In this document: one piece after another, positions 37,259-47,400 of the stretch
Position numbering within the stretch: the first letter of the stretch is position 1
How the letters are laid out: the number at the start of each line of letters is the position of its first letter
Origin: Flavobacteriales bacterium UBA958
GTDB lineage: Bacteria; Bacteroidota; Bacteroidia; Flavobacteriales_D; Crocinitomicaceae
Assembly: GCA_002293045.1 (NCBI GenBank)
Contig: DBCM01000070.1
Coordinates: forward strand, 14,139-78,138
Direction of reading: 5' to 3'
Length of the DNA: 64,000 bases
Translations under genes and position numbers: made by a program
The notes under the pieces: model-generated
What the model saw: the letters and a program-made list of their open reading frames with translations, nothing else
The model's database searches: none
Told to the model about the DNA's origin: nothing

Positions 37259-38258
37259 TTTTCGGGCTGGCTTTAAATGTGATTTTTTGAGCAAACCATC
37301 GGGTACCGCATGGGGATTCCACCTTTAGGCGAACTATATAAGAACCAGGAGCAGCGTAGTAATATTCCAGTGCACTTCCCTTAAATATTTTGTCTTTTGC
37401 GAGAACCCATGTGATTTTTGAGTCCTCCCCATAATGAGCTTCTGCCTTTAATTTATATCTGCCCTTTCCATCGGTTTGGGTTACTATGTTAAAATAGTCC
37501 GAAGTAAAGCCATTGGCATTTAACGCAGGTAACACGGTTTGTTCACAATGCGTTTGAATTAGCTTCGCATCGGCATAGCTAATGGTTTTTGTGGAAGCTC
37601 CCACCGGAGATTCGTGAAAAATGCACGTATAGAAAGTGCATGCAGCTAAGTAAGAACCTAATTTACTCGGATGATATAAATCGGTATCATATAAATTTAC
37701 GTCGGGGTATTTCTGACGAAAAGACAACCACGTGCGCCCTACGGGCACAACCGGGTGTTTGAAAATCGAATTCATTAATGCATACCCTTTAATTATGGTA
37801 TCACTCATTTGTTCATACGACAGCATCACCGAATCCATATCGCTTCCATCGCGGTACCCCCATGTTTCATAGAAAAGAATTTTAGCACACGGATTATATG
37901 TTCGAATGGTGTCTAATATTTGGCGTGCATAGGGTAAGGTGACAGAATCGATATACGCTTGTTTTTGAACAAATTCCTTCGACCATCCTTGAACGACCAC
38001 AACGTCCCAATTTCCTTTTTTAATGGATTGAAATAACTCCGGTCTTGACGTTTGATCCCGTAAAGAGGCGCCGCCCTTCCATGACTTTTCTACGTGAACA
38101 ATCTTTTGCTTTGCTCTACTAATTTTTTGAAAAATGCCAGGCATGTCATTATTGCCTGTAAAGGAATTACCAATGAATAAAATATTGGTTGTATCAGACG
38201 CTCCCGCGAAAAAAGAACAACCTAGACAAAACAAAAATACCTGCTTAAATTTCATCAC
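37248..38258 (-). CDS. SGNH/GDSL-like hydrolase (DUF4886-like) with C-terminal PKD-like domain
   Basis: Signal peptide, ILFIGNSFTGNNDMP block I, and a C-terminal KITWVL...YYYAAPGSYIVRLKVESPCG beta-sandwich. Confidence 0.6.
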   Translation of the reverse strand: MMKFKQVFLFCLGCSFFAGASDTTNILFIGNSFTGNNDMPGIFQKISRAKQKIVHVEKSWKGGASLRDQTSRPELFQSIKKGNWDVVVVQGWSKEFVQKQAYIDSVTLPYARQILDTIRTYNPCAKILFYETWGYRDGSDMDSVMLSYEQMSDTIIKGYALMNSIFKHPVVPVGRTWLSFRQKYPDVNLYDTDLYHPSKLGSYLAACTFYTCIFHESPVGASTKTISYADAKLIQTHCEQTVLPALNANGFTSDYFNIVTQTDGKGRYKLKAEAHYGEDSKITWVLAKDKIFKGSALEYYYAAPGSYIVRLKVESPCGTRWFAQKITFKASPKIKK

Positions 38259-38650
38259 TATACACTTAATGAAAAGGTGGCCATCAAGCCTTTTGCCAAA
38301 GTCTCATCCAACGCACACTTATCTCGCGAAAAATTCATGTCTCCAATGGTATTCATAGGAATTAAATGAACGTGTACATGTGGGACTTCCAATCCGATTA
38401 CGGATACACCGATTCGTTTGCATGGCACCAGTTCCTTTAAACGCGCTGCTACGTGCTTGGTAAAACTCATTAATGCATGATACTCCTCATCCGACAAATC
38501 AAACAAATAATCCACTTCTTTTTTAGGAAAAACCAGCACATGTCCTTGCACCAATGGATTAATGTCTAGAATCGCCATGTGCATCTCGTCTTGCAGAAGG
38601 ATATACGCCGGAAGTTCGCCACTCACAATCCGTGAAAAAACACTGGGCAT
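38258..38650 (-). CDS. HIT family protein
   Basis: 130 aa with the histidine triad HVHVHLIP. Confidence 0.9.
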   Translation of the reverse strand: MPSVFSRIVSGELPAYILLQDEMHMAILDINPLVQGHVLVFPKKEVDYLFDLSDEEYHALMSFTKHVAARLKELVPCKRIGVSVIGLEVPHVHVHLIPMNTIGDMNFSRDKCALDETLAKGLMATFSLSV

Positions 38651-39123
38651 TATCGAGAAAGTGAAATAATTTCAAACTGCATTAATCCACCCGGTGTTTG
38701 TATGTCCACGACATCTCCTACTTTTTTACCGAGAAGTCCTTTGCCAATTGGGGAATCCACTGAAATTTTTCGCACTTTAATGTCTGCCTCGCTCTCGGCC
38801 ACCAAGGTATACTCAATTTCCATTTGGTTGGCTTTATTTCGAATTTTTACCGTCGACAAAATAAAGGCTTTCGTTTTATCAATATTCGTATCATCAATCA
38901 ATCGCGCATTGGAGATCACTGCCTCTAATTTGGAGATGCGCATTTCAAGAATCCCCTGTGCTTCTTTCGCGGCGTCATATTCTGCGTTCTCAGATAAATC
39001 GCCTTTGTCGCGAGCTTCTGCAATTTGGTTAGAAATAGACGGACGCTGAACGTGCACTAAATCATGCAACTCATCCTTTAATTTTTGAAGGCCTTCTGGC
39101 GAATAATAATTAATTTGTGACAT
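38650..39123 (-). CDS. greA: transcription elongation factor GreA
   Basis: Start at the ATG giving MSQINYYSPEGLQKLKDEL. GDLSENAEYDAAKE motif and a C-terminal FKBP-like domain. Confidence 0.9.
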   Translation of the reverse strand: MSQINYYSPEGLQKLKDELHDLVHVQRPSISNQIAEARDKGDLSENAEYDAAKEAQGILEMRISKLEAVISNARLIDDTNIDKTKAFILSTVKIRNKANQMEIEYTLVAESEADIKVRKISVDSPIGKGLLGKKVGDVVDIQTPGGLMQFEIISLSR

Positions 39124-39144
39124 CTGTAAAGGGATTAAACGCAA

Positions 39145-39168
39145 ACAAGAGAGCCTAAGCCCTCTTGT
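39145..39168 (-). terminator. putative terminator ending the TBDR-giant-PorV-like operon
   Basis: ACAAGAG/CTCTTGT 7-bp stem 23 nt past the PorV-like stop. The minus-strand tail ttgcgttt is only moderately T-rich. Confidence 0.4.
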
Positions 39169-39190
39169 TCTACAAAAATACTATAATTTC

Positions 39191-40243
39191 TTATTTTAAA
39201 CTAATCGTAACGCCAAGGGTATGAATGATTCCAAATACACCCGCAAAACGCGAGCAATACTCAACGCCTAATGCACTTTTATTCTTACCAACAAGCGCAT
39301 CTACTGAGAAACCAGCTGTAGGGCCTGTAAGGGCATTCGAGCGATTCTCTGCATCGAAAATACCATTTTCATACACAAATCCTCCACGAACATTGAATGC
39401 AACTTTTTCCGTTGACATTCCATAGTCTAGGCCAATTCTATATTGATCTTTAGAAAATGAATTCGCTTGAAATGCAAGCGCTAGATTTAACTTACTCGCG
39501 TCGCTAAAAATAAAATCATAGGAGCCTCCGATTGACAATAAGGATGGCAATTCATACGTTGCAGAACGTTGCTCTAATGAAGCAATAAAACCACTAGATA
39601 CATACTCCACTTGATTCGCTAACCCATCGCCTTTAAATTTCATTACCGGACCTACATTCTTCAGTGCGATACCAAATTTAATCTGATTTTGCTCACCCGT
39701 AACGTAACGAATGCCTGCATCTACAGCGATTCCATTCGATTTTAAATTAAAAATGCTCTCAGTGACCACTTTAAAATTGATTCCACCGTATATCGAGGAA
39801 GAAAACTTTTTTGCAAATCCCACATTAAAGATGTTTGCACGAGGCGAAAAATAACCGATGTTACCTTCGGGATTCGCTACGGTAGTAATCGGAACATCAC
39901 CGTAATTCATAGATTGAATGCTCACCGCAATTACATTAGATTCACCAACGCGTTGGGCGAATCCAGCAGAATTCAAACTAATTCCTGCGTTACCCATCCA
40001 ATTTGAGTAGTTGAACTTGATTTGCGTTTTATCCAAAAAAGCCAACCCTGCTATGTTGTTGTACTGTGCTTCTAGGCCATTGATGTTAGCAACACCCGCA
40101 TCCCCGATCGCTGAACCCCGAGCCCATGGATTAACCAATAGATGGGAAGCCCCCGCAGATCCTACACGATCTTCATTGCCAGCAAAGGCAGACAACGAGC
40201 ATGCTGCGGCAAAAATTAAACTATACTTACTAATCGATTTCAT
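39191..40243 (-). CDS. PorV/PorQ family outer-membrane beta-barrel protein
   Basis: 350 aa with a signal peptide. GSAGASHLLVNPWARGSAIGDAGVANINGLEAQYNNIAGLAF resembles the conserved PorV/PorQ N-terminal block (..AR..a.GDAGVA...). Beta-strand-rich, and the terminal strand ends HTLGVTISLK. Confidence 0.6.
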   Translation of the reverse strand: MKSISKYSLIFAAACSLSAFAGNEDRVGSAGASHLLVNPWARGSAIGDAGVANINGLEAQYNNIAGLAFLDKTQIKFNYSNWMGNAGISLNSAGFAQRVGESNVIAVSIQSMNYGDVPITTVANPEGNIGYFSPRANIFNVGFAKKFSSSIYGGINFKVVTESIFNLKSNGIAVDAGIRYVTGEQNQIKFGIALKNVGPVMKFKGDGLANQVEYVSSGFIASLEQRSATYELPSLLSIGGSYDFIFSDASKLNLALAFQANSFSKDQYRIGLDYGMSTEKVAFNVRGGFVYENGIFDAENRSNALTGPTAGFSVDALVGKNKSALGVEYCSRFAGVFGIIHTLGVTISLK

Positions 40244-40261
40244 GCTATCTATAATTAATGA

Positions 40262-43200
40262 TTAGATTCCTTGATAATCCGGAGTTCTCATTCCTCCAAA
40301 GAACTTCAATACCACTTCTCCGATTTCCGGAACTTCCACGTGAATGAGATAAACCCCACCAGCCACTGGAATCGCTTTGTGATTTGTTAAATCCCAATCC
40401 AATGATGTTACCGGACTGTCCTTTTTGAAGGTTCGAATTAATTTACCATTTACTGAATAAATCTTAACCGTACATTTTTCAGGAAGGTTCGTAATTTTCA
40501 CCTTGGTCTCAATTCGCGTACGCTCATAATCCGAATATGCATAATATGGATTTGGAACCACATTAATCATTTTCAAGGCTTCTTCTAAGGCATCATGCGA
40601 TCCAACTTCTGTGGCTATTTCATCCATTGACCACCCGTACATTGGCTTACCACCGTTTGCACCCGTTGCTGTGAAATTCTTGTACTCTTTGTTAATGCGT
40701 AAACGGATGGTAACATCTGTAGCTAGTAAAGACTGACCCGGTGTTACAATCGGATACGAAATCCAAGTCAAACTTCCGTATAAATCGCGTTTTGATTGCG
40801 TATTGTTTGCTTCTACCTCAAGGTACTTTTGATACGCAACATTGTTTGCGTTTACGTCCGATACGCCTGGAGTATAGGCTGGGAAATCAAAACTTGAGTT
40901 GTATCCATTAATTGATTTTTGATTGTAACTAAATACATAGATTGGATGCATTCCACCCATCAATGGTGTACCTACGTTACTCACAAAATTTGACGTTGGA
41001 TTCCAAACCATGTCTGCGCCATTTTCACCGCCAAGGAACGAATTCTCACCAAATGCCATGTACAAGCGAGCACCAGATTCTAAGTCTACGGCATAGCCTG
41101 GGAACCAACCCATTCCAGTTCCTGTACCATCCGCATCCCCATTCTTATCTACACTTGGGCTTTTTCTTAAGGCCCCCGGTATTGCGCCACCCACATTCAA
41201 TCCAGCGGTGCGTCCAAGCTCAACCACCGGACAACGTGTCCAAAGGCTCTTGTCATTCGTAATCACAATGTTTACACTTGGTAAGAACGAAATCGATGCA
41301 TTTTGACGGGAAGAACCGTTAAACGTACCACAATAGGCCAATGGCATGTAATCCGCTTGATAACCTGTTAAACGGTGCGGTGCAATCGTACCTTCCAAAA
41401 TACCTTCATAGCTTTGGTCAGGATCAACACCCGCTTCGTCTGGATAATTGCACGGATTTAAATAGGTCGGACCATTAGGTAAGCCCTCGAAAGCAGGGTC
41501 GTTTTCGTCACATTCTGGCGCATAATCTCCCGAACGAATCCAATTGGTTGGGAAATATGCATCGTTGTCTGGAACTCCCATTAACCAACGCTTTGAGGAA
41601 TCTCCATACGTCATTGAAGACTCAATCATATCCGTTGTTCTCGCAGTAATGTTACCTGAACCTGAAGGGAAATAATAGTTTTCTTGGTGGATTTGCACCG
41701 AGATTCCCCATGCTGGTATAATTTGCTCATTATCCCCTGCAATCGTAACATCAGAACTTACAGAATCCTGAATGGTACCGCCCTTTGTATCGTAGCGATA
41801 AATCACCCAACTTGCGGTATCGGCTGCATTCCCGGGGGAAGTTGGCGTGTAGTTTCTGAAACGACACTCAAAATATCCGCCTTTCAAATTTAATGGGTCA
41901 ACTACTTTAATGTTCACTGGACCTCGGCCTGCCGCATATTCTGGATCTTCCATAAACCCAGTATTCAAAATGGTAGTTAAAGACTCATCTGTAAATTCTA
42001 AGGAACGGTTTCCATTTCCGTAGCCATCAAGGCGCGTAATTTTTGGTGTAGAACCGTAACTCACTAATTGATAGGTACCGTCTGCCTCTGGCATTGGGTT
42101 GTGCGGAACTGCAGGTGTGGAACTAATGGCAGTACCATCAAAATTCAAACGAGAAGAGATATACGGCATTTTTTGACCATCTAACAACAATGGATCATTT
42201 GGATCATACTTTTTGAACTCGTTGTGCGCATACGCAACCGCTACATAATAATATGTTTTGTGATTTACTAAACGTCGAGCCCCTTGAGCAAAGGCATCTT
42301 CAGTTACCTGGAATGAGTGACGGATTCCTTTGTTTTCACCATCCACTTTTTCTACAGGAACTGAGAATCCTAATGCTTCGTCAAATTCAAAATTGATGAG
42401 GCGAGAAATACTGTTTTTAATGTCACATTGTGCAACCAAACGAGCCTTTGTTGGATCAGCGATGTCTGAAATGGAAACATCTTGATTCTTTAATTGGAAG
42501 ATTTGATACCCTTCAAAACGGTATTTTCTATCTACGGTTGGATCGGGAATATTGATTTCATCTACCTCTTCATACCCTTCTTGATAGTTATTTGAAGAAA
42601 TAGGGTTCTCAATCATTAAGATTAATTCTTTATCTAGCTCCTGGATTGTTAATTTCGGTGCATCTGGCGGAGATAAGATTTTGAAACAAGCATCAAATAA
42701 AGCCTGTGCTTTAGTATCCGCACGTTTCATAGCGTCAACAGATGCCATTAAGGTACCTTCGGTACTACGTCCATAAACAATACCCACTGTAATGTTATTC
42801 ACAGCACCTGGTTTTAAGGTGAACGGACCAGCAGACTGTACAAAACGACGGTCACCCGCAGGGTTGTTGTTTGTTGACTCATCCCATCCATTTGGATATT
42901 GACCAGACATATCTGTACCAGCAGTAGACCAACTCAATGGATCTGAAGTTCCAGGGAACATGTAATCAGAAAGTACTCCTGGAGTACTGCCTAAGCCTCC
43001 GTAATACATCTCAGAACCATTAGCCCATTGGCCTTCCATGAAATTATAAAATTCTGCTGCAGGACCTGGATCATTGTACGGATATGCCGATGTTGAGGTA
43101 TAGTAGGTAAATCTTCGCATACCAAAACGCTCATTATCAATAATGCCATCGGAATAACCAATACCAATTCCTTTGTAAACGATCCCATTATTTGCTAAGG

Positions 43201-44422
43201 CATCAACTACGGTAGGAACTACTAAGGATTGCGTTGCATTATCAAAATATGGCCCTGGGTTATCGATCCCATCTGCATCTTGATACGGTCCTTCGAAGAA
43301 ATCACATCCGATTGCTGGAGGATTGTCCCCATACCCTAATTTACCACCGTCGTTTTCATCATTCAGATCGCCATTATACATGTACCCTAATCCGCGAGAA
43401 ACATCACACCCTGCGTAGTCATCCGCATAATTTCCAACATCCGCATCCAAGTATTGGGCAAAATATGTATCGTAAAGGGTTTGCGTACCGCGGTTTATTA
43501 ACTCATAGTTGTAGAAGGTCATTTTATTCACCTCATCGTTTGTAGCGAAAGAGAACGCTTGCGCACGAATTTCCATTCCAATTGGATCGCCATTCGTCTC
43601 GGTGTGAATGTTCCCTTTATCATTAAATACCCACCAATGGGTTTCATCACCAAACAAAGAAATTCGTCGGTCAAACCCACACTGAATGTCATCACGCCCT
43701 AAAATATCATCGTACCAAGGGTGGTCACCGTTGTCAGGATTATAATTTCCATCTTGATCTCTATCGTAATAAGGCGCCAAGAAATAATCTTGTCCTTTAG
43801 AAACATCCCCATGCGCTGGCCAGTTGTAGATTCTGTTTAACTCTTCATTCGAAGGCGATTGTACATCATCACATTCTGTAGTAATTCCCGCTTGGCATTC
43901 CCACCAAATATTAAAACGAATTACTTCTGCTTTACGGATCGTGTAGAATTGGTCATATGCAATACACTGATCTGGATCGATGTTCGCCTCGCCAAAATCA
44001 CGAATTGCTCCGTCCCCAACTGGGAATAAGGGATTATAATTTCCGGTACCTGGAGTTACTGATAACGGGCCAGGCCAAAAGTCGTTCCCTTGACGGTAGC
44101 GCAACGCGGCAAGTTTAAGCTGACCGTTAACGTCTGTTCCGCCCATCCAGAGTGCACCGGCAAAAATCGCAAAGCGATTACTTCCCTTTGGTACCTCGTA
44201 GGCTGCGACACCGTTTTGACGGTTTTGAAACATGGACCCTCCTTGCTCGATTAGGGCGCGTACATCATTAAATTCCATGATGTATTTTGCCGTAGCCGGA
44301 CTACAGTTTGCTTTTGGTTTTCCAGTTGGCTTTTTACTTTTATCGTTTGGTCCGTAATATGCCAAGGCATTTGAACCAATGAAGACAATTGCGATAAATG
44401 TGGCAAATAATTGCTTTTTCAT
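40262..44422 (-). CDS. giant secreted protein with T9SS-type C-terminal domain (unnamed paralog family)
   Basis: ATG giving MKKQLFATFIAIVFIGSNALA (the track starts 10 codons earlier at 44452). Shares the N-terminal module FNDVRALIE..YEVPKGS..IFAGALWMGGTDVNGQLKLAALRYRQGNDFWPGP and central YLDADVGNYADDYAGCD..YNGDLNDENDGGKLGYGDNPP with 3427-4992 and 60507-64000. The C-terminal VVPNPYYAYSDYE...VKIYSVNGKLI...GGVYLIHV is CTD-like. Confidence 0.8.
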   Translation of the reverse strand: MKKQLFATFIAIVFIGSNALAYYGPNDKSKKPTGKPKANCSPATAKYIMEFNDVRALIEQGGSMFQNRQNGVAAYEVPKGSNRFAIFAGALWMGGTDVNGQLKLAALRYRQGNDFWPGPLSVTPGTGNYNPLFPVGDGAIRDFGEANIDPDQCIAYDQFYTIRKAEVIRFNIWWECQAGITTECDDVQSPSNEELNRIYNWPAHGDVSKGQDYFLAPYYDRDQDGNYNPDNGDHPWYDDILGRDDIQCGFDRRISLFGDETHWWVFNDKGNIHTETNGDPIGMEIRAQAFSFATNDEVNKMTFYNYELINRGTQTLYDTYFAQYLDADVGNYADDYAGCDVSRGLGYMYNGDLNDENDGGKLGYGDNPPAIGCDFFEGPYQDADGIDNPGPYFDNATQSLVVPTVVDALANNGIVYKGIGIGYSDGIIDNERFGMRRFTYYTSTSAYPYNDPGPAAEFYNFMEGQWANGSEMYYGGLGSTPGVLSDYMFPGTSDPLSWSTAGTDMSGQYPNGWDESTNNNPAGDRRFVQSAGPFTLKPGAVNNITVGIVYGRSTEGTLMASVDAMKRADTKAQALFDACFKILSPPDAPKLTIQELDKELILMIENPISSNNYQEGYEEVDEINIPDPTVDRKYRFEGYQIFQLKNQDVSISDIADPTKARLVAQCDIKNSISRLINFEFDEALGFSVPVEKVDGENKGIRHSFQVTEDAFAQGARRLVNHKTYYYVAVAYAHNEFKKYDPNDPLLLDGQKMPYISSRLNFDGTAISSTPAVPHNPMPEADGTYQLVSYGSTPKITRLDGYGNGNRSLEFTDESLTTILNTGFMEDPEYAAGRGPVNIKVVDPLNLKGGYFECRFRNYTPTSPGNAADTASWVIYRYDTKGGTIQDSVSSDVTIAGDNEQIIPAWGISVQIHQENYYFPSGSGNITARTTDMIESSMTYGDSSKRWLMGVPDNDAYFPTNWIRSGDYAPECDENDPAFEGLPNGPTYLNPCNYPDEAGVDPDQSYEGILEGTIAPHRLTGYQADYMPLAYCGTFNGSSRQNASISFLPSVNIVITNDKSLWTRCPVVELGRTAGLNVGGAIPGALRKSPSVDKNGDADGTGTGMGWFPGYAVDLESGARLYMAFGENSFLGGENGADMVWNPTSNFVSNVGTPLMGGMHPIYVFSYNQKSINGYNSSFDFPAYTPGVSDVNANNVAYQKYLEVEANNTQSKRDLYGSLTWISYPIVTPGQSLLATDVTIRLRINKEYKNFTATGANGGKPMYGWSMDEIATEVGSHDALEEALKMINVVPNPYYAYSDYERTRIETKVKITNLPEKCTVKIYSVNGKLIRTFKKDSPVTSLDWDLTNHKAIPVAGGVYLIHVEVPEIGEVVLKFFGGMRTPDYQGI

Positions 44423-44441
44423 AACCTTTATGCTATTTATT

Positions 44442-47400
44442 TTAGAAATCATATTTTACTCCAAGACGAATGGTACGAGGTACACTAATGTTAAACGGAT
44501 TATTCACCTTCATGGAGTAGTAATCGCGGAACGCTTGCTCATCCGTTTGATTTTGAATGGACGTTTGACTCGCTGCTGCTGCTAAATACCCATCGTCATC
44601 GGCATTACCGGTAGCGCGGTAAATGGATAATATATTGAATTGGTTAAACAAGTTCGTTGCACGGATATAGATGTTCAAATTGGAAACTTTTTCTTTGTCC
44701 TTGCTTTTCGCATCTTTTGACTTGTGCGTAATGGTTATGTTTCGATCCAACTGCATGTCTAATCGATACGTCCAAGGCATACGAGAGCCGTTCACTGTAC
44801 CGCTGATCCCCGCATTCAAGTTGCCAATTCCTTCATCTGTGATGAACGTTTGCGCTGAATATGGATACCCTGAATTGATGTTTGTAAAGATGTTTAATCC
44901 CGTATTCTCTAAGACATTAAATCCACCAATTTTTGGTCCGTTGTAATCCTTCCCTTCACCGTAACGATAGTCGAACGTAATGGCGAACGCATGACGTTGG
45001 TCGAAGCTATATGGGAAGATATTTCTTAGGTTAGGAATCCCTGCATTGATGAACGCCGCCATAGAAGTTGCATCAGACCCTGTACCATCAGCGAACTGTA
45101 AGGTATAGTTTGCAGTCATCCGAATGTTCCCTGTTTGACGTAAGTCGTATGCAATGGTCATCCCCTTAACGGTACCAAAGTCGCGATTACCGAATGTTTT
45201 GTAGGAAGCAGGGTAAGCCATGAACACGTTAATTAACTGTACATTATTTCGCTGTTCACGATAGAAGGCGGAGATTTTCAAGGAGGAGGTTGCAGACAAT
45301 ACTTGTTGGAATCCTAATTCGTAATCTACCGTAGTTTCTGGTTTGAGGTTTGCATTGTTAATTACGGCGCTTCGTGTTTGGATGAACTGATATTCGTATG
45401 GATCAAAACGGAAACCTGAGGTCGGTCGTTTTGTTAAGATGTCATAATGCGCAAAAAACGAAGCTTTCTCAGAAATCGGAAACGAGAAGGCGATTCGAGG
45501 CATCACGTTAATTTGAGCTTTATAATCTTCAAATGCAGAGGCATCTGGTGCGGTTTGCCCTGGATTCAATACCCAAGGAGCAATACCACCGGCACCTTGA
45601 ATGGTTTTCGGATCTTCTACGGTAGTCCCTACTGCATTGTACCACTGATCACCTGTTCTAAATCCGTTAATGCCTGTTGGGTTAGAAATGTCGTTCACAT
45701 AAACAATATAATCGTCGCCCATACTTTCAGGGATATCTACCCAGTTGTATTGACCTGGGTCATTTGCCTTTAGTTCTTTCGCTTCCTTCACAGTTCGCGC
45801 GTTAAAGAACAAATATTGATCTTTCAACACAGGTTGATTCGCATCAAATACATCAACACGTACACCCACGTTAAACACGATGTCTTTGAATGCAAATTTA
45901 TCCATTACATAACCAGCCATGTAAGTAGGTTGGAATGCGCCAATAAATCGCTTGTAATTGCCGTTTTCATCGAACTCGTTAAAATACTTGTTAATATCTG
46001 TAGTTCCTTTTACTTTCTTTCCAGTATGATCAAATCCGTAATATGAAACGAATGAGTTTCCACCATTCATTAACTCATCGGGTGAGAACATATCAAACTG
46101 AAACATCCCCGGATCGTACATGTCAATGTCAACATAATCATCTCCTGCAATATTCAACCCAAGTGCTTTTCTTACGCTGTAATCAAAGAAAGACTGATTA
46201 TCGTTGTTTAATTGGCCCCCATAAACCCCTGTTCCGGATTGGCTGGCATATCCCGCATTTAAACGGTCATAGGTAATGGCCTTAAACGAACCAGAGTCAG
46301 TAATTACTCCCGAAGCGTAATCAAGCTCTTCAATGTGGAAGTTCATCAACTGACGAGCGATGGACCAAATTGCCACCGGGCCTTGGTCACCATTAGACCA
46401 TCCGCGGTCGATGCGTTGTTCATATTCGAACCCTAGTGATACACTGTGGTTACCGATCACTAAGGATCCCGCTCCCGTTACTCGAAACTGGTCGTTTTCA
46501 AACTTACCAAACCCGTTTGAAGGAGAACCGATGTTGGACCAAATGCCGTAAACGCTTTGAGGTGCATCTCCATTTCTCAAGGCATTTCCTTGCTGGATTT
46601 GGAATAAGTTTTCATAATGACCAAGAGGCTCTCCTTGGTAAATGTTATAGTATTGAGTTGTGATCGCAGCCAATGCAGCATTGGTTTCCGAAGGAGAAAA
46701 TGCAACCTCTAAATCCTTGAATCCGTTGTGTTCCCAACGTTGTAAGTTATCATTAAACTGATAGGATGGTGTACGTCGGGTAGTAAATTTCCCCACGTGA
46801 CCATAATTAAAGATATTGTATTGATGCCTTGGGTCATAAGAATCCCGTAGCGTTTTGCTGTAATCAACCATTAAGGTGTAGTTCGCAGACTTAATTTTGC
46901 TGTTTTTGTTATCACTCGTGAAACGTTGTGAAATTTTTCCGTACACACGGTAATCCAAGCCTTTAGATTCTCCGAAATTGGTGAAATTCAGAAGGGATGC
47001 TGCGTAGGAGTAATTAGACGCTCTAAAGTAATTTAAGGATCCTCCGAACTGTACGTTTACTGAAGGACCTGTATTTACGTCAATTTTACCTTGACCGGAA
47101 ATCGTTGTATTTCTGGCGTTCATTCTCCAAGGAACTTTCTCGAAATCCGATTCTTTGGTTGGGTTACCATCAGCGTCTAAGGGGTTTTGTAAAAACAAGG
47201 CATTATGGAAGGTTCCGAATCCCGTAGAAGTTGGGCGCAAAGGATTTGCAAGAAGCTCATCCCTGGTTTCTTGCTTTACACGCCATCCACCGCCAGCTAG
47301 AGGTCGATTGTCTAGCTCATCCGTTAAATTACCAGAAACAAGGAATCCTAAAAGGGGACGAGTTTTATTGCCTGCAGAATCTTTTTGCATCCAAAGTGGT

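Noticed and set aside
40942-41262. A 106-aa plus-strand ORF here and a very similar 106-aa minus-strand ORF at 63553-63873 (both His/Pro/Leu-rich) look like a conserved small-protein pair.
   Set aside because: Both are the same antisense frame of the highly conserved C-terminal block of the two inverted giant paralogs. Their similarity simply mirrors conservation of the real coding strand.
40262-44422. The giant protein upstream of a PorV-like gene could be the T9SS sortase PorU (porU-porV synteny).
   Set aside because: I see no gingipain/C25-like catalytic His/Cys motifs. The protein has two further paralogs in this window, including a 521-aa version, and the downstream barrel is shorter than typical PorV. 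I kept it as an uncharacterised family, but an HMM search should confirm this.
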